Below, in pieces: positions 48,616 through 62,555 of a stretch of DNA of 64,000 bases. Made by a program: the position numbers and the translations under genes. The DNA is from Carcharhinus longimanus (Eukaryota), in assembly GCA_030264375.1 (NCBI GenBank), contig JASCQW010000122.1:26151947-26215946 (forward strand), in the 5' to 3' direction. The stretch's first letter is position 1; every line of letters starts with the position of its first letter. The notes beneath the pieces were generated by a model that saw only the letters and a list, made by a program, of their open reading frames with translations, did not search any database and was not told where the DNA came from.

Positions 48616-49557
48616 TACCCAATGATCCTTGCCTTATGTAGAGCATTTATATCCCTATATACACAGGCTTAGATGTATTTATATACTTATATAACATAGA
48701 TGAATGATTTTAAGTAGCATTATTGCATAGGGTATTCTCTCCCAATGCTTTTGGATTAGAAAATGTATTTTAAGTTATTTTGCAGAGAATTTAATATTGC
48801 ACAATAATAATCATGCCCACTATTCCAACATGTAGTATTTTTGTTTTTCTACTCTGTGCCTCCAGCAATGAAGGTACTGTTATTGGTATTCTATCCATGG
48901 GTGTTGTGCTCTGATAGCCTCACCAAGTAACCTTTATTCACAGAGTTGAGCCGCCTTAATGTGTGACAGTATCATGGCTGTTATCATAGGGATAGTTTAA
49001 TTAAATATGGAGGATATCACAAGCTGGGCTGATCCTGTTCTCAACTTGCAACCTCACGCACTCGATTTCAGTAGAGCTCAGTGGGTAGTAATTTGAAAAC
49101 AGGAATCCTGCTTAAATTCCCCCTTCCCTAAAGTGAGAATACTGGTGATTGGTTTAGCACCCCTATCACTGCTCCAATTGAGATCAACTGAACGGCTAAG
49201 ACTAGAGATTGGATCAAGGGGATTCTTATTTTGTAAGATAAACATGGAGCCACTGAAATCTTCAGTAAGGGCATTCTCAGTGGATAACTACCTGAATGTT
49301 AAAATTATTTCTAATCATTTGCTAATTTTCAATCAAAACCTAACCGACCTGCTAGCCTCCAATTTCCAAAAATCGTATTTAAACCTAACCTGGAAAATGT
49401 ATTTATTGATAATGGGCCAAGAAACATATCTAAAGGATGAAGTGGATGGATTTCTGCTGATTCCTTTATAACATTGCATTCCATGCATCCCCAACATTCA
49501 CAAGGATAATGAAAGTTGAAACTAAAATTGAAGAACCTTATTGATGGTTAATTGATA

Positions 49558-49811
49558 GGGCGGCACAGCGGTTAGCACTGCTGCTTCACAGTGCCAGGCA
49601 CCCGGGTTCGATTCCCAGCTTGGGTCACTGTCTGTGGAGTTTGCATGTTCTCCCCTTGTCTGCGGGAGTTTCCTTCCACACTCTGAAAGACGTGCTGGTT
49701 AGGTGCATTGACCAAACAGGCGCCGGACTGTGATGACGAGGGAAATTTCACAGTAACTTCACCGCAGTGTTAATGTAAGCCTCACTTGTGACTAATAAAT
49801 AAACTTTAACT
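49558..49811 (+). mobile_element. HE1-type V-SINE, tail B
   Basis: gggcggcacagcggttagc...gggttcgattccc...cacagtaacttcaccgcagtgttaatgtaagcc...aataaataaacttt. Confidence 0.9.
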
Positions 49812-51462
49812 TCAGCAATTTCATTGAAGAGACACCTGGGTTGTAAGAAGGAGGCTGTAGAATTCCACAATGTGATAAGGTTAATGAATCCCCAAAAAGT
49901 ATTAGAAACACCTGTCCTGAACTTCATGGGCATTTCCAAAATGGGATGGAGGATGGGTGTGGAACTTGAGGTGGGACCTGTGTTTGTGGGGTCAAGCCAA
50001 CATCGGATGGATTGGGTATGGGGACTCGCTGTATTTGATGCTGCGATTTGGGACAGGGGCCAAACACATTGAGCCTCAAAACTTCATGTCCAGTTTGTTT
50101 AGAGAGGGAGAAAGTTGCAAAGAGCAAGGCACATAGGAGAAATTTATCAGCTTCTATCCAAGTTCCAGCAGGTTTTAGCTGTAATCCATTTCAATGACTA
50201 TTTCTGAGTAGTAAGCCCTTCAACATGTTCTTATTTTATATTGCTTTTTAAACATTTGCTGTCTGGGAATTTTCATTGATGACAGGTCAGAGGATTATTT
50301 GTTTCATTGTGATTCTTGCTTTCCATTTCCAGTGCTTTGTGTATATTATGGGTGCTTTACTCATCTCAATTAATGTCATTTAATGCAAGTAGATAGTTAA
50401 AAACACTTGGGTCACTGGCATCTAATCATCTCATTTCGCCTTTAATGCTGCAGATTAGAGACAGCTCGAGAACAGACATGTCCTGTAGTTTACTATCCCC
50501 TGTGGTGATGTGAATGGAGACAGTGGAATTTTCCTATTCATTCTGTCCATTGGGAAAGTGGGGGTTGGGCACAATAACATTTGTTCCCAGGCTACCCCTG
50601 ACCTACTGCTCACCAAGAGATCACTCTAATGGACTAAATAGACATTTAGTCTATTAGGCCGCTAGTGACTGTTATTGGTTGTGGATTTGCAAAATCGAGA
50701 TTCAGCCATCGGGATAATTGAGCTTCTTTTATCAACATAGACACAGAAATCAGCGCACAGACATTGCTCTCTTCTGTGTCCCAAACTACAGAAATACCAA
50801 AAGTGCCTGCAGAGTCCGTGAGAGGACTAAAATGCTGAATTTCAGGGATAAATCAACATGGGCGACACAAGCCTTTTCCTGCTCTCCACCATATAAACAT
50901 TGTTTACTCCCATATGGCAATTTTTAGCTGCTTTAGAACAAAACTGGGTTTTGCTTTGGTCTCTGGCTATTGCTGTAATCAGGCATTGTTAAAATAGCTT
51001 CCGTGACCAAGCCAAAAAGTATTTTTATTTTCCAAACTTGCTTTTGTACTTTATCAAGAGATGCACGAGCGAGCATCCAGCCTTTATCTATTCAACTGGA
51101 TGATTTTCATATTAAAAAATAAGGAAATGCTATCTTCATAATTAGGAGTATTAGAATATTCTTAAGGTTTTCAGTAACTGTTTTCGTAAGTCCTATTTTA
51201 GCCAGTTAACAATTGTTATTAATTAATAACTTATGCTTTGATATTTTATTTCAACGATGATTGATTCATTGGAATTAAATGTTTATGGAGAATAATGACC
51301 TAGGTTTAGCTAGTGATTTTTAAACATCTGGAGATTGGAGCTCAGGTTAAAGGGTTGAAACCTACCCGCACTGTTCTGAAGGATTATGGTTTATCTTGGT
51401 CTGAGCAGCCTCCAATTCAATCAAAGAAGTGTGGTTTAAAGTGACCCAAATGTTATACACAC

Positions 51463-51490
51463 CGGGGGGGGTGTGTGTGTGTGTGTGTGT
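51463..51490. repeat. G-run plus (GT)n microsatellite
   Basis: ggggggg followed by gtgtgtgtgtgtgtgtgtgt. Confidence 0.9.
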
Positions 51491-53149
51491 AATCTTTACT
51501 CCAAAAGCTTTAACATGATGAATGAGGGGCGGATGTAGAGGTCATTCATTTATGTATTAGTAGACACGGAGGAGAGGAGAGGTTAGCAATTTTTTGTATG
51601 GATGGGTGCAGCAACGTAGAAATCAGTGACATGAGTTAGAAATAGTTCTGTGTTCCATCAGATTTCACCTTCATTTGCTCCCAAAAATGAATTATCTGTA
51701 ATCGTAACAATTTGTCCAGCACCGTGTTATGGCTCCATTAAGAGTGCCACAACAGTGTTGGCACACTGGTGACTTCAGTACAAATTAATTGGTAATGTTT
51801 GGCTGTACCTGGAGGAGGAAATTGATTTTATACAAATTCTGAATATTTACTCCTGTGAAAAATGCTCTGTGCCAGTATTATCTCCTCTGAAGCCAGTAGC
51901 AGCTGATGCAGTTAAAAAGAAAGTGCACTCTTTAATATATATGCACTTCAAAGCTCACTGATGACCATAATTTCAATACTTTCAGTTGATTCACTTTTTT
52001 GCCAAGGCAGCTTTTTATTTTGCATCTTGTAGCATTGAGAGATACTTTATTTCAGAATGGCTTTGAGCAGATTTTTATTCCATTTCAAGAGCTTCTGTGT
52101 AAAAGCCTGCTGGCCATTTTTTATGCCTTTGTCTTCCTCACATGAACTTGACAGCTGTTGAAAGTGGCAGGAATCTAAGATCACAGCTTCAAAATGTGTG
52201 ATTTTCAGCTTAATGAGAATTGGAAGTGTTGGGATTTTGGTGTGGCACGTTAAATTATTTAAAAAAAAATTCTGAGATCTTTAGAATCTGCAAAGCTGGT
52301 AGCTGATATTTATTATCCCCAAATCCTGCTGCTGCTGTTAGCGTCCACGAGTTAAAACAATATACTGAGGACAGCATTGGAATTGAGGTTGTGTGGTTGA
52401 TAGTATTGCTGCAGTAAAAAGGTCAGCATTGGACATGTCAGTACAGGCAGCTTGTCAGAATTATAAATTACATGGTAATAAATTCCATCCTATTTAACGT
52501 GTCTCAAAATGTTGCTTTCTGCTTGTATTAGAAATGCATCAACTTCATTTCAATTTTATATGAAAGGGCATTTTCTAAAATATGTTACTAAAGGGAGAGA
52601 AGGCGACCTATTGAATTTTGTCACACAATTACCTTTCCAAATTTAAAAATAATTGATCATGTTATCTCACACAACCCAGCCACTCTCACATCTCTTTGTA
52701 CTGTGTTTGGACAAGGACAGTCAGGAGGGAGGATAGGAGTCTGCAGGATTTGTCCCTGGGCTATTTCCTCCTCCAGGTACAGTCAAACGTTACCAATTAA
52801 CTTGTACTGAAGTCACCATTATGCCAACACCGTTTCCCTAGGAAACAGGGCAGCCTGCAGGTTGGTCGAGCTCCACTACATCCAGTCTGCTTGATTACTC
52901 AGGTCTAAAGATGGAGGAGTTGGCGGAGGTCCAGGGGTAGCTTTAGTAATCTATCTTTTTCAAATGATGCTTGTCACCGTTAAGAGTAGATTTAAATTGT
53001 GAATGATCCTACCAACTGATTTCAAAAAATGAAGCTTTTGAGAAAGGCTGCCCAGAATATTTTGAGTTGGCTGTATTATTCTTGCTGATTGTGGTCAGAC
53101 TGATTGGGTTCAGGAGGAATCACGCCTTTCTTAGCAATTTTCTTCTTTT

Positions 53150-56100
53150 GAGGGGACGTTATATTGATGATACAAAGTACCACCCTGTCTGGCCTCGCGG
53201 CTCGGTGTAAAAGACCCTATAGCTTCAATCAATGAAGAACGGGGATTTCTCTCAATGCCCTGGCCAAAATTGGCTAATGCGTTTCACTCTAACAACACGG
53301 ACTATACTACATAAAGTACTTCATGTCATGTGTGTTATAATGACACATCGCTGCATTGGATAAAGACATTGTGGGTTCATTTATTAAGAATAGGCACGTG
53401 GAAACATTGTATACATGGAAAGCTCGAGGACATCAGGGCTGTGTGTATCTGTATTCTGCTCTACGTGAAGTGAAACAGAGGCTGGATCATGTGACACATT
53501 TCCCTTAAAATGATGGTGAGTTACTCTCCCTTAAAGACATAATGCAACATTCCCCTTTTTTTTTTCAAAATATACTCCCCCACACAATGTGTGGAACTTG
53601 CTTGGTCATTCTACATCTGAGAATTACAGATGTCATGCTTACCTACACATTGTGGACGATCTCTCTAGGGTACACCAAACAATGGCACTTAGAATGTTTG
53701 CAACATTTGTCTTAGACATATTATACAATTGTTGAATAAGGTGTTTGGTAAAGTCGTTGATGAGATGATGAAGTCAGTGCCATGGCCACGAATGAGGTCA
53801 GATGTGACTTTGAAACAAGGATGGGTGTGAACTTCGTGTGGGATCAATGGGGCTTTGTGCTGACTTGGCATATACTCTTGACATGCCTTATCCTTCTTGA
53901 TGATGACTTCAATATCATTGTTCATACTCAGCCAATGGACTGTCTCTCTTATGAATATTCTTGTCTAATCTATGCCCACTTGTGAGTGATATTCTGGTAT
54001 GATGACTTGCCTGCCTTTAAAAATTACTCCTCTGAAGATGCCTAGCTCATCAAGTAAGGCCAAAACACTTAACTGAATTAGGCCATGCTTTGATGTTTTT
54101 CCAAAGGTTCTGTGCAGAATCTTTCACTTTTTCTTCTTGTAACTGCTGGTGTTTGTGTTGCACAAAATGTATCAGATCAATTAACAGACGTGCATTCTCC
54201 TGGAAGCGTAACATTCCACCTCCCATAAAACTACCAATTCTGTTGAAACATTCTCGATATTTTGATACTGTGACATGCACTGAGATGATGGGAGTAGTTT
54301 CTGATGTTGATCTGCTGCATGTCACCAGTGCAATTTCACCGTGTGCCAGAACAACTAAGATTGTTGGGCCTTTAGTCTCCACAATGTAGAACATCTGTGG
54401 CACCCAGGAGGATTAATTGCACTTGGACTCCAGGACTATGGATATTGCACATGGAATTAGTGAACTGTTGTACACTGAAAGTTGTATGGTAGTAGGTTTC
54501 ACTGTGACCTTCCATGTCTGTGAATACATGTCTGACAATTCACAGAGGCAGCATGTTGGCACAACCGCTCCCCCCCACCCCGCCCACGTTATTNNNNNNN
54601 NNNNNNNNNNNNNNNNNNNNNNNNNNNNNNNNNNNNNNNNNNNNNNNNNNNNNNNNNNNNNNNNNNNNNNNNNNNNNNNNNNNNNNNNNNNNNCCCCCCC
54701 ACCCCGCCCACGTTATTCTCCAATAAGAAGAAGTTACCAACTTTCTTCGGACAGATAATGTGAATCTTGGCAAACACTCCAAACGGTGGCAGCATCTGTG
54801 TTTTCCATGACATTGACAATGTGAAATATATTCACTGCTCATTGGTTTTTCGTGCACATTGCCGTCATTTTCTGGTTTGTCAATTCCTCACCTAATGGGA
54901 TAATGGATGTCATTCTTATTGCTTGAAAGTACCTGTTGTGTGTGATTGGTGTGAATGAGTGCACTACTTTTTGTAGCTGCGTAAGCCTTCTCTCTAATAC
55001 ACTGCCAATGGTCCTTTCTGCCACATGCCTTTCAGAATTGCTTGGTGTTTCCTTGGTGAATGCAGAAGGCCACACCGTCAACATTTCTGCTGGGTTTAGC
55101 AGTTCTAGTAAGTGTGCCAACAATTGAGGTTGCATTTAGGACCTGCGGGGATCGCATCGTAGTTTTTGAATAATTCTTCAATGCTTTGGGCTTTTGGAAC
55201 AGATCTTTGTGGAATGCTTCTGTGGGAGTGGATGTTACCATCACTTAACAACTCTGTCATCTATCCCTGCATTTGAAAAATCACTGTACATACGCTTTAT
55301 TGTATATCTGCTGACAAAGTGGTCTATGGATTCTGTAGACTTTTGTTGAAATGACATGAGCTCTAGTCGATGAATACAGAAATGGGTCACTTGATTCTGA
55401 ATCGGTTTTCCAATGTAGTCCATTTCTAATGGCGAATCTTTAATTCTTTTGCTGTTAATCCTGATGTGTTCAGTTTGTGGGGACCTTCCTTTCTAGGTGA
55501 ATTATTATGACTTGCTTTTCTGATTCAGGATACTTTTCAGTGTTTAAACATATTTTGAATTTGGATATTGGGTCACGTTGGGTCCAATTTCAAATTGGGG
55601 AACTTTGTGAACATTTTGACAATGTCTCTCTGACCTACCTTCTCCTGTAGTACCTGGGATGAGTGCATAGCCAATTTCACATGCTCGTTATTTTNNNNNN
55701 NNNNNNNNNNNNNNNNNNNNNNNNNNNNNNNNNNNNNNNNNNNNNNNNNNNNNNNNNNNNNNNNNNNNNNNNNNNNNNNNNNNNNNNNNNNNNNNNNNNN
55801 NNNNNNNNNNNNNNNNNNNNNNNNNNNNNNNNNNNNNNNNNNNNNNNNNNNNNNNNNNNNNNNNNNNNNNNNNNNNNNNNNNNNNNNNNNNNNNNNNNNN
55901 NNNNNNNNNNNNNNNNNNNNNNNNNNNNNNNNNNNNNNNNNNNNNNNNNNNNNNNNNNNNNNNNNNNNNNNNNNNNNNNNNNNNNNNNNNNNNNNNNNNN
56001 NNNNNNNNNNNNNNNNNNNNNNNNNNNNNNNNNNNNNNNNNNNNNNNNNNNNNNNNNNNNNNNNNNNNNNNNNNNNNNNNNNNNNNNNNNNNNNNNNNNN

Positions 56101-56410
56101 NNNNNNNNNNNNNNNNNNNNNNNNNNNNNNNNNNNNNNNNNNNNNNNNNNNNNNNNNNNNNNNNNNNNNNNNNNNNNNNNNNNNNNNNNNNNNNNNNNNN
56201 NNNNNNNNNNNNNNNNNNNNNNNNNNNNNNNCTCCACCTGTGCTGCCACCTTCAGGGATTTGTGGACTTGCACACCTAGGTCCCTCTGTGTTTCTATACT
56301 CTTGATGGTGTGCTGCTAACTCTTAAAGACATATTATATCACTTCAGGAGCTGTAAAGCATTTTGGGATGTCCTGACATTGTGCAGGGTATTATATAAAG
56401 TTGTTTCTTT
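53150..56410 (+). mobile_element. Deu-domain SINE split by an LTR retrotransposon (parts 53150-53323 and 56342-56410)
   Basis: The 5' part ends ...ctacataaagtacttca. The 3' part resumes with gctgtaaagcattttgggatgtcctgac...tatataaag. Confidence 0.7.
53324..56341 (-). mobile_element. Decayed Gypsy-type (Mag-like) LTR retrotransposon with 5-bp TSD CTTCA
   Basis: LTR TG...CA at 53324-53549 next to a PPT (ttcccctttttt on +). A second LTR end (cttaaagacat...ca) is at 56341, and CTTCA lies at 53319-53323 and 56342-56346. Minus-strand remnants include integrase (MNNDIE...ACQEY...PLIPHEV..HP..KVTSDL) and gag (LMSFQQKSTESIDHFVSR). Confidence 0.85.
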
Positions 56411-57524
56411 TGCCCTTTTGTCTTTCTGCCATGTTTTTCCTCCCAGTCTGGAGTGTTTCTTGATGTCCCCTTGAGACCAGGAAGTGGTTCTAATCCATAA
56501 AATAAGTCAGGTGACCTTAGTGGCCTTATTTTCCAGTCTTTTTGTCCAGTTTTCACAAATACATAATTAGAATATTCAGAATGTGAGATGTTAGTACTGG
56601 GTAAGATGATTTGTTTAAAAATTGTTGAGACCAGTTGCTTTATCCAGAGTTGCCAAAATGCAATACATTGGAACAGAGTGACCAAGAACATTGTTAATTG
56701 CCACTGGTATCTGCAAAATTGGACATTATCATTCTATGTGTGGTGATCCTGGTCCAGCCAGCTCTGGCCTAAGAATTGGATAGCACCAAATTAGTGAGTG
56801 AGCCTAGCAAATTGAGCTTTTCTCCTTGTCCTTATTAGGATGAGGGAACTGTGGTAACCAGTTGATGCCCCAGTGACATCTGATGGCCCCAGGTGAGTTT
56901 GAGGCTGGGGTAAGGTGGGGTTTGAGGAGGTGGAAATGGCAGTGATATTGACACGTTGACTCTATTTATATTCTAACATTGCTGCTGAAAATGGCTTGGG
57001 AGGTTCTCGTCAAACAGAGCTGAAAGGTAAAAGGACCACTGGTGTCCATGACCTCCCGGTTCCCTCACTGAACCTGACTTTTTTTAATCAAAGGGAAAAT
57101 GGATAAGCTCTTGTGGATTTTATGCTTGAAAAGGAGATTTGTGGCAAGGCTCCATGTTGGGTATTGTTACTCTAAGTCACAATTAAAATGGAGAGGGGCA
57201 GCCCTCAGAACCTGGGGAAGCTAGGTTGCATTTTCAATGGCTTTGCAGAGACAGCTGGGACATGAATCAGTCCCTGTGTGTGTACAAGGAAACACAAAAG
57301 GTCACCTGACCTCCCTGGAGTCCATCTTGTCAGCATAGATTGTCCATATTCCTTGCTCCCCCCTCTCCATTTTAGTTGAAGTGATTCCAGGGTAACAATA
57401 GCTGACAGACTTGCCAGCCTTATGGAAATGCAAATAAAGACATATGGAGATTATTCATGAATGGAAAGTTGACTTGTGTGGTCATGGAGCACCATTACTT
57501 TCGTTACGCAACAGCTTATCGCAA

Positions 57525-57835
57525 GAATCATGGAATAGAATCCCCACAGTGCAGAAAAAGGCTCGTCAGCCTATTAAGCCTGCACCAACAACAAACCCAC
57601 CCAGGTCCTATCCCTATAATCCAACATATTTACCCTGTCAGTCCCCTTGACACTAAGGGACAATTTAACCCATCCATCTTTGGAGTGTGGGAGGAAACTG
57701 AAGTGCCTAGCGGAAACCCATGCAGACATGGGGAAAAGGTGTAAGCTCCATATAGTCACCCAAGATCAGAATTGAACGCAGGTCCCTGGCACTGTGAGGC
57801 AGCAGTGCTAACCACAGTGTGCCATGGTGCTGCCC
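57525..57835 (-). mobile_element. HE1 V-SINE, tail A
   Basis: Full reverse copy. Confidence 0.9.
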
Positions 57836-58136
57836 AAGAAAACCCATGAACTGAGAACTTGGCAAAATCTTTCAACCTTAATGGTCTTCACTGATTTTAA
57901 AATTTTACATGTCCATTATCGTTTTAGGTTCTTAGGCATATTATATAGATAGACATCTAGCTGGAGAACAGAGGTGAGATGGAGGTAGATTACATGGTGG
58001 ACTGTATCAGACACAGTTGGGAAAACAAGGAAGACGAGGAAAGATAATGTGTTACTATCATAGTCACAGGAAATGTCATTTATGATTTTAGCTATGCTGA
58101 CTTTAGAGTTTTGTGCAGAGTGGAAGCTGGACTGAA

Positions 58137-58426
58137 ACAGCACGGTGGCACTGTGGTTAGCACTGCTGCCTCACAGTGCCAGAGACTTGGGTTCAATTCT
58201 GGCCTTGGCTAACTGTCTGTCTGTGTGGAGTTTTCAGATTCTCCCTAAGTCTGCTTGGGTTTCCTCTGGCTGTTCTGGTTTCCTCCCACAGTCCAAAGAC
58301 TCTGTGGGTTGGGTTGATTGGCCATAAAAACTTGCCCCTTAGTGTAAAGTGGACTCACAGGGTGTGATTGTTGTCGGCGCAGTTTCAATGGGCTGATGGA
58401 CGACTTCTGCATTGTAAGAATTCTAC
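58137..58426 (+). mobile_element. HE1 V-SINE, tail A
   Basis: Head, V-domain and shortened tail. Confidence 0.85.
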
Positions 58427-59039
58427 AAAAGGATAGGGACTTATAGGTTGATGGGAATGGAGTTAGGAACAGACGATCAATATCAGGAACATGAATAGAA
58501 AAGACAGGTTAGAGGTGGGTTAGCTGTTGCAGAAGAGAGGAAGATGATGGCTGTTTGTAAAGGGAAGGAATTGTCTGAAGAGAGGGAGTCATTTGTAATG
58601 CGAGCAAGCACGAAGGTGAGGCATTGTAGTTGAATGAATGCTAATTGAATGAGGATGGGAATCCAGGGAATGAAAAGTGGATGGGTTTTTGGATGGGAAA
58701 AATGGGATGAACAGTTCGAAGTGATAGGATCGGAGTTAGGATGAGTTGATAGAAAAGGAATGTAGTCACAGAAACAACTATAGTCCCAGTCTTAAAAAAG
58801 GAAAAATACATGCAAGCTTTGTACCTAATGTTGGAGGTGAACAGGGAGCAGTTAAGTAAAGGGGTTTAAGGAGATGGTTTATTGTGTAGACAAACAGATT
58901 TTAAATGTTCTAGCCTCCTGGAATAATGGTGAGAAATTGAATGGAGAATGAATCTGCTGATCCTTAATTCCTGAAATCCTACCAGATAATATTCAGTCTT
59001 AAAATTGCCCCATGCCAATATCCATACCACCTGCTACAG

Positions 59040-60060
59040 AATCAGATAATTTTCTCTAATTGGTCTGTGCTGGTGGTGATGCTCCACATCAGCCTCCTCC
59101 CACCTTGCTTCATCTCGCCCTATCAACATAGCTTTCTATTCCTTTCTCCTTCAAGTACTTGCTGTCTTTCCCTGAAATATGCTATTCATCTCAGCCACTC
59201 CATGCACTCGCTGGTTTGACATTCTTGCCACTTACTGAGTGAAGAGTTTTCTTCTGAATTCCTCATTGGATATATAAGTGATTGTCTTCTTTTGAGACCT
59301 GTAGTTCTCAACTGCTCCATAAATGGGAACAATTTATCTGCATCTAGCTTATTCAACCCCTTTACATAATTGTAAGGACCTCTACCAGGTAACTTCCCAG
59401 CCTTCTTTTTTTTAAGAGAATGGTGCCCCAGCCTGTTTAGTAACTTCTGATCAGAGTGCTCTCACAGTCCTGTTATCATCTTTGTAAATCCATTTCTTTA
59501 GCTTTTTCCAGTCCCGCTGTAGCCTTTTTTCATTATGGAGACCAGAACTGTGTGCAGTACTCCAAATGTGGTTTATTCGAAGTCTCTGCAAATTCAACAT
59601 AACTTCAATGCTTTTGAATTCTGTTCCTTGAGGAATGAACCTTAAACTCTGTTTACATAGTTTATAGTTTTGATAACCTACTACATTTAGTATATCCCTT
59701 TGCACCTCTACCCCCACTGACTTAGTTTTCAAGGGATTCCTCCCTCTAAAATGTGCAACCTCACCCATGTATATTGAAATAAATTTTCCATCTTTATACA
59801 CCCACTCTGCAAACTTATTAATATCCTCTTGTCGTTTGCCATTTTCTTGCCCAGTGTTAAGTGTGACGCCCAATTTGGTGCCACTGTAAATTTTGTGTCT
59901 GAGCTTCTGACTCCCCAATTTAAAATCCTTTATTTAAAAGATAAAATATTATGGCTCAGAGCCAATTCCTGTGGAACACTTTTTGTCCCACCTGTGTATT
60001 TACCTTTCATCCCCAGTCTCTCTGTTTGGTAGCCAGTTTGCCAAAAATTCTTCTACTTGT
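59040..60060 (-). mobile_element. Old CR1 LINE 3' fragment
   Basis: Minus-strand remnants TKLG...QEDINKFAEW...EVQRD...FIPQGTEFKSIEVMLNL, followed by LEYC..FWSP-like sequence. Confidence 0.85.
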
Positions 60061-60595
60061 CTGTCCCCTGATNNNNNNNNNNGCATTATATTAGATGACA
60101 TGCTCTTCAAAGTTAGAGCAGCAAAATTTACATCAATTCTCCAGTGCAATGTAATCAAAACATTTCCCTTACTCTGCTTCTGTTCAGTGAATGGTAATTG
60201 ATAATTCAGCATAATTTGTTTATCCGCAATTATTCTGAGCAGAGGTCAAATGATAAAAAGCCAATGGATGCAGGTCCAAGATTGCTGTGAAATTTTATTC
60301 CGCTGGGGGCAGGGACAATATGATTATAATGCTTCCACTTTTGTCAATATGTAAAAAGAAAATCGCAAATTTACAGGGGAAAACTGAATATTATACAAGA
60401 ATGTCTGATTACAAATGTGGGAGCACAAATTCTCTGGTCACTCGGATTTGGTTTGACTCAAGCACTCAAGTGTTAGGACCCCCTAAACTGTGCATGGATG
60501 ATGAAGACAATAAAATTCTTACCTCTACAATTGGCCAAAATGTAATATATACCATAACCACATTCAAGAGCTTGCATTTTAGACAGCTGCTATTA

Positions 60596-60960
60596 AGGGG
60601 AGGTGATGGTGCAATGGTATTGTCACTGGGCTAGTAATCCAGTGTCCTAGGTTAATGGTCTGGGGACCTCAGTTCAAAACCCACCAGATGGTGCCATTGG
60701 AATTCAATGTAAAAAGAAAAATTGTAATTAAAAGTCCACTACTGACCATGAAACCATTGTTGATCATCGTAAAACCCCTTCTGGTTTACTAATGTTCTTT
60801 CCGGGAAGGAATTCTGCCGTCCTTACCGAGTCCGGTCTACGTGTGATTCCTAAATGCCCTCAGAATTGGCTGAGCAAGTCTCTCAGTTCAAGGATAATTA
60901 GAGATGGCCAATGTTGGTCCAGCCAATGACGCCCACATCCCATGAACAAATTTAAAAAAA
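60596..60960 (+). mobile_element. Family-2 tRNA-headed SINE
   Basis: Colinear with 24533-24880. Ends cccacatcccatgaacaaatttaaaaaaa. Confidence 0.85.
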
Positions 60961-61204
60961 TAGTGCGTGGTCTGCTATCCAGGTTGCCAGTTTAACTAAC
61001 ATATTTCTTCCTGTGACATTTTCAACTGCGTGCAATCATTGTAATTTTAACCCAACTCTGATGCCCTGCATATTTGACATTAGCATGCCACAATCTTTTG
61101 CAGCATACCAACTGGTATAGCATTGGTGATTTTGATGTGATAGTTAGCTTAATGGAAACGACTAGTCTTGTACTAGTGGTGTAGTATACCACACATTGTT
61201 TATC

Positions 61205-61535
61205 AGAAAACAGGCAGCTCTCTGTACAGTTAGCTCTCTGGGCTATTCCCAGGGACACATATCAAGACAAGTATCAACTGCAGATGTAGGAACATCTGCA
61301 GTGAAAGGCACTCTTTGGTCTGCTCAAAACCTGCTGGTCTTCCAGTGCAAAGAGTGGTCCCTGATCGAGTGTTGCAGACTGGCACGTTTCAAGATGCAGG
61401 AATACATGTTGAGAGAGGCACTAAAGCTTGGGACAATCAATCTAAGGCTTTTCAGCCATGGCACGCTGAGGCGCCAGGAACTGTGGAGCACTCCTTGGGT
61501 TGTATTCCAGACATTGGATGTGTATAATATTACAT
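61205..61535 (+). mobile_element. Tx1/L1-clade LINE ORF2 C-terminal fragment
   Basis: SAVKGTLWSAQNLLVFQCKEWSLIECCRLARFKMQEYMLREALKLG resembles Tx1 ORF2 ends (LW..RN..VF). Confidence 0.7.
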
Positions 61536-61680
61536 CCTAAGTTGTGCAATTAGGCGGATTGGCAGGGTAAATACATGAGGTTACAGGAAGTACCTGGATG
61601 GAATCCTCTTTTGAAGAGGTGTTGTAGATTCGATGGGCTGAATGGCCTCCTTCTGCACTGTAGTGATTCTTTAATTCTGT
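61536..61680 (+). mobile_element. HE1 3' half / CR1-type tail
   Basis: gggtaaatacatg...gatgggctgaatggcctccttctgcactgtag. Confidence 0.75.
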
Positions 61681-62004
61681 GAATTATATTGGGGCACTTC
61701 AGAGTGCAGTATGCTCTGTGAAGAAAAGTTGAATCTTATTGCCCTTTTCTGCTATGAGCATTTTGAAATGTTTTAGATTGTCCTTTCAGATGTTTTATGT
61801 GTAAAGTATTTTTTTTGGAGGGAAAGGTTGAACACATGAAGGAATGCCTTGTCAATTCTTTTCCCAGTACCTCAGATTTCATCATAGTGAAATGCTGCTG
61901 TCACTGCTTTCCAGTGAATGAAATTAGTGATTGGATGTTTTGAACTTGCCAAATTGATAGTAATGTACAATGACAGTGTGACTGCAGCTACGAATGGAAT
62001 TTCC

Positions 62005-62555
62005 ATTCCACGGAATCACACAATGCAAAAGAGGCGCTTCGGCCCATCAGGTCTCCACCGACACATGAGAAACACCCGACTGCTCACCTAAATCCCGTTT
62101 ACCAGCACTTGTTCAATAGATTAGAATGTTTTTTTTTATTTATGGGACATGGGTGCCACTGGCTGGCTAGCATTTATTGCCCATCCCTAGTTGCCCTTGT
62201 TCAGGGGGCAGTTGAGAGTCAACCACATTGCTGGGTGGATCTGGAATCACATGTAAGCCAGACCAGGTAAGGACAGCAGATTTTCTTCTCTAACGGACAT
62301 TAGTGAACCATGTGGGTTTTCCCGACGATCGACAAAATCATCATGTGTCAAGTGCTCATCCAGGTACATTTTAGAGTATTTGAGGTAACTTCCCTCCACA
62401 ATTTTCCTAGGCAGTGCATTCTAGACCTTCACCACCCTCTGAGTAAACTGAGTTCCTCACAGCCCCCCATAAACCTCCTGCACCTCACCTTGAACATGTG
62501 TCCATTCGTGACTGACCCCTCAATTCAGGAGGACAGCTGCTCCCGATCCACTCTT
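62005..62555 (-). mobile_element. CR1 3' end with a nested partial family-2 SINE (about 62130-62335, -)
   Basis: A reverse CR1 tail at 62010-62128 resumes at about 62340. The insert has ctggctagcatttattgcccatccctagttgccctt. Confidence 0.75.

Noticed and set aside
54570-54716. Direct repeat ccccccaccccgcccacgttatt on both sides of a 100-N gap
   Set aside because: Most likely an unmerged contig overlap (assembly artefact).
55663-56319. Long ORFs in the track (218 and 198 aa)
   Set aside because: They are artefacts of reading through the N gap 55695-56231. The same applies to ORFs spanning gaps 7371-7470 and 9907-10006.
56839-56892. 54-nt segment with a good acceptor and CAG|GTGAGT donor
   Set aside because: Stops in all three frames, so it is not coding. 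A poison or UTR exon cannot be excluded.
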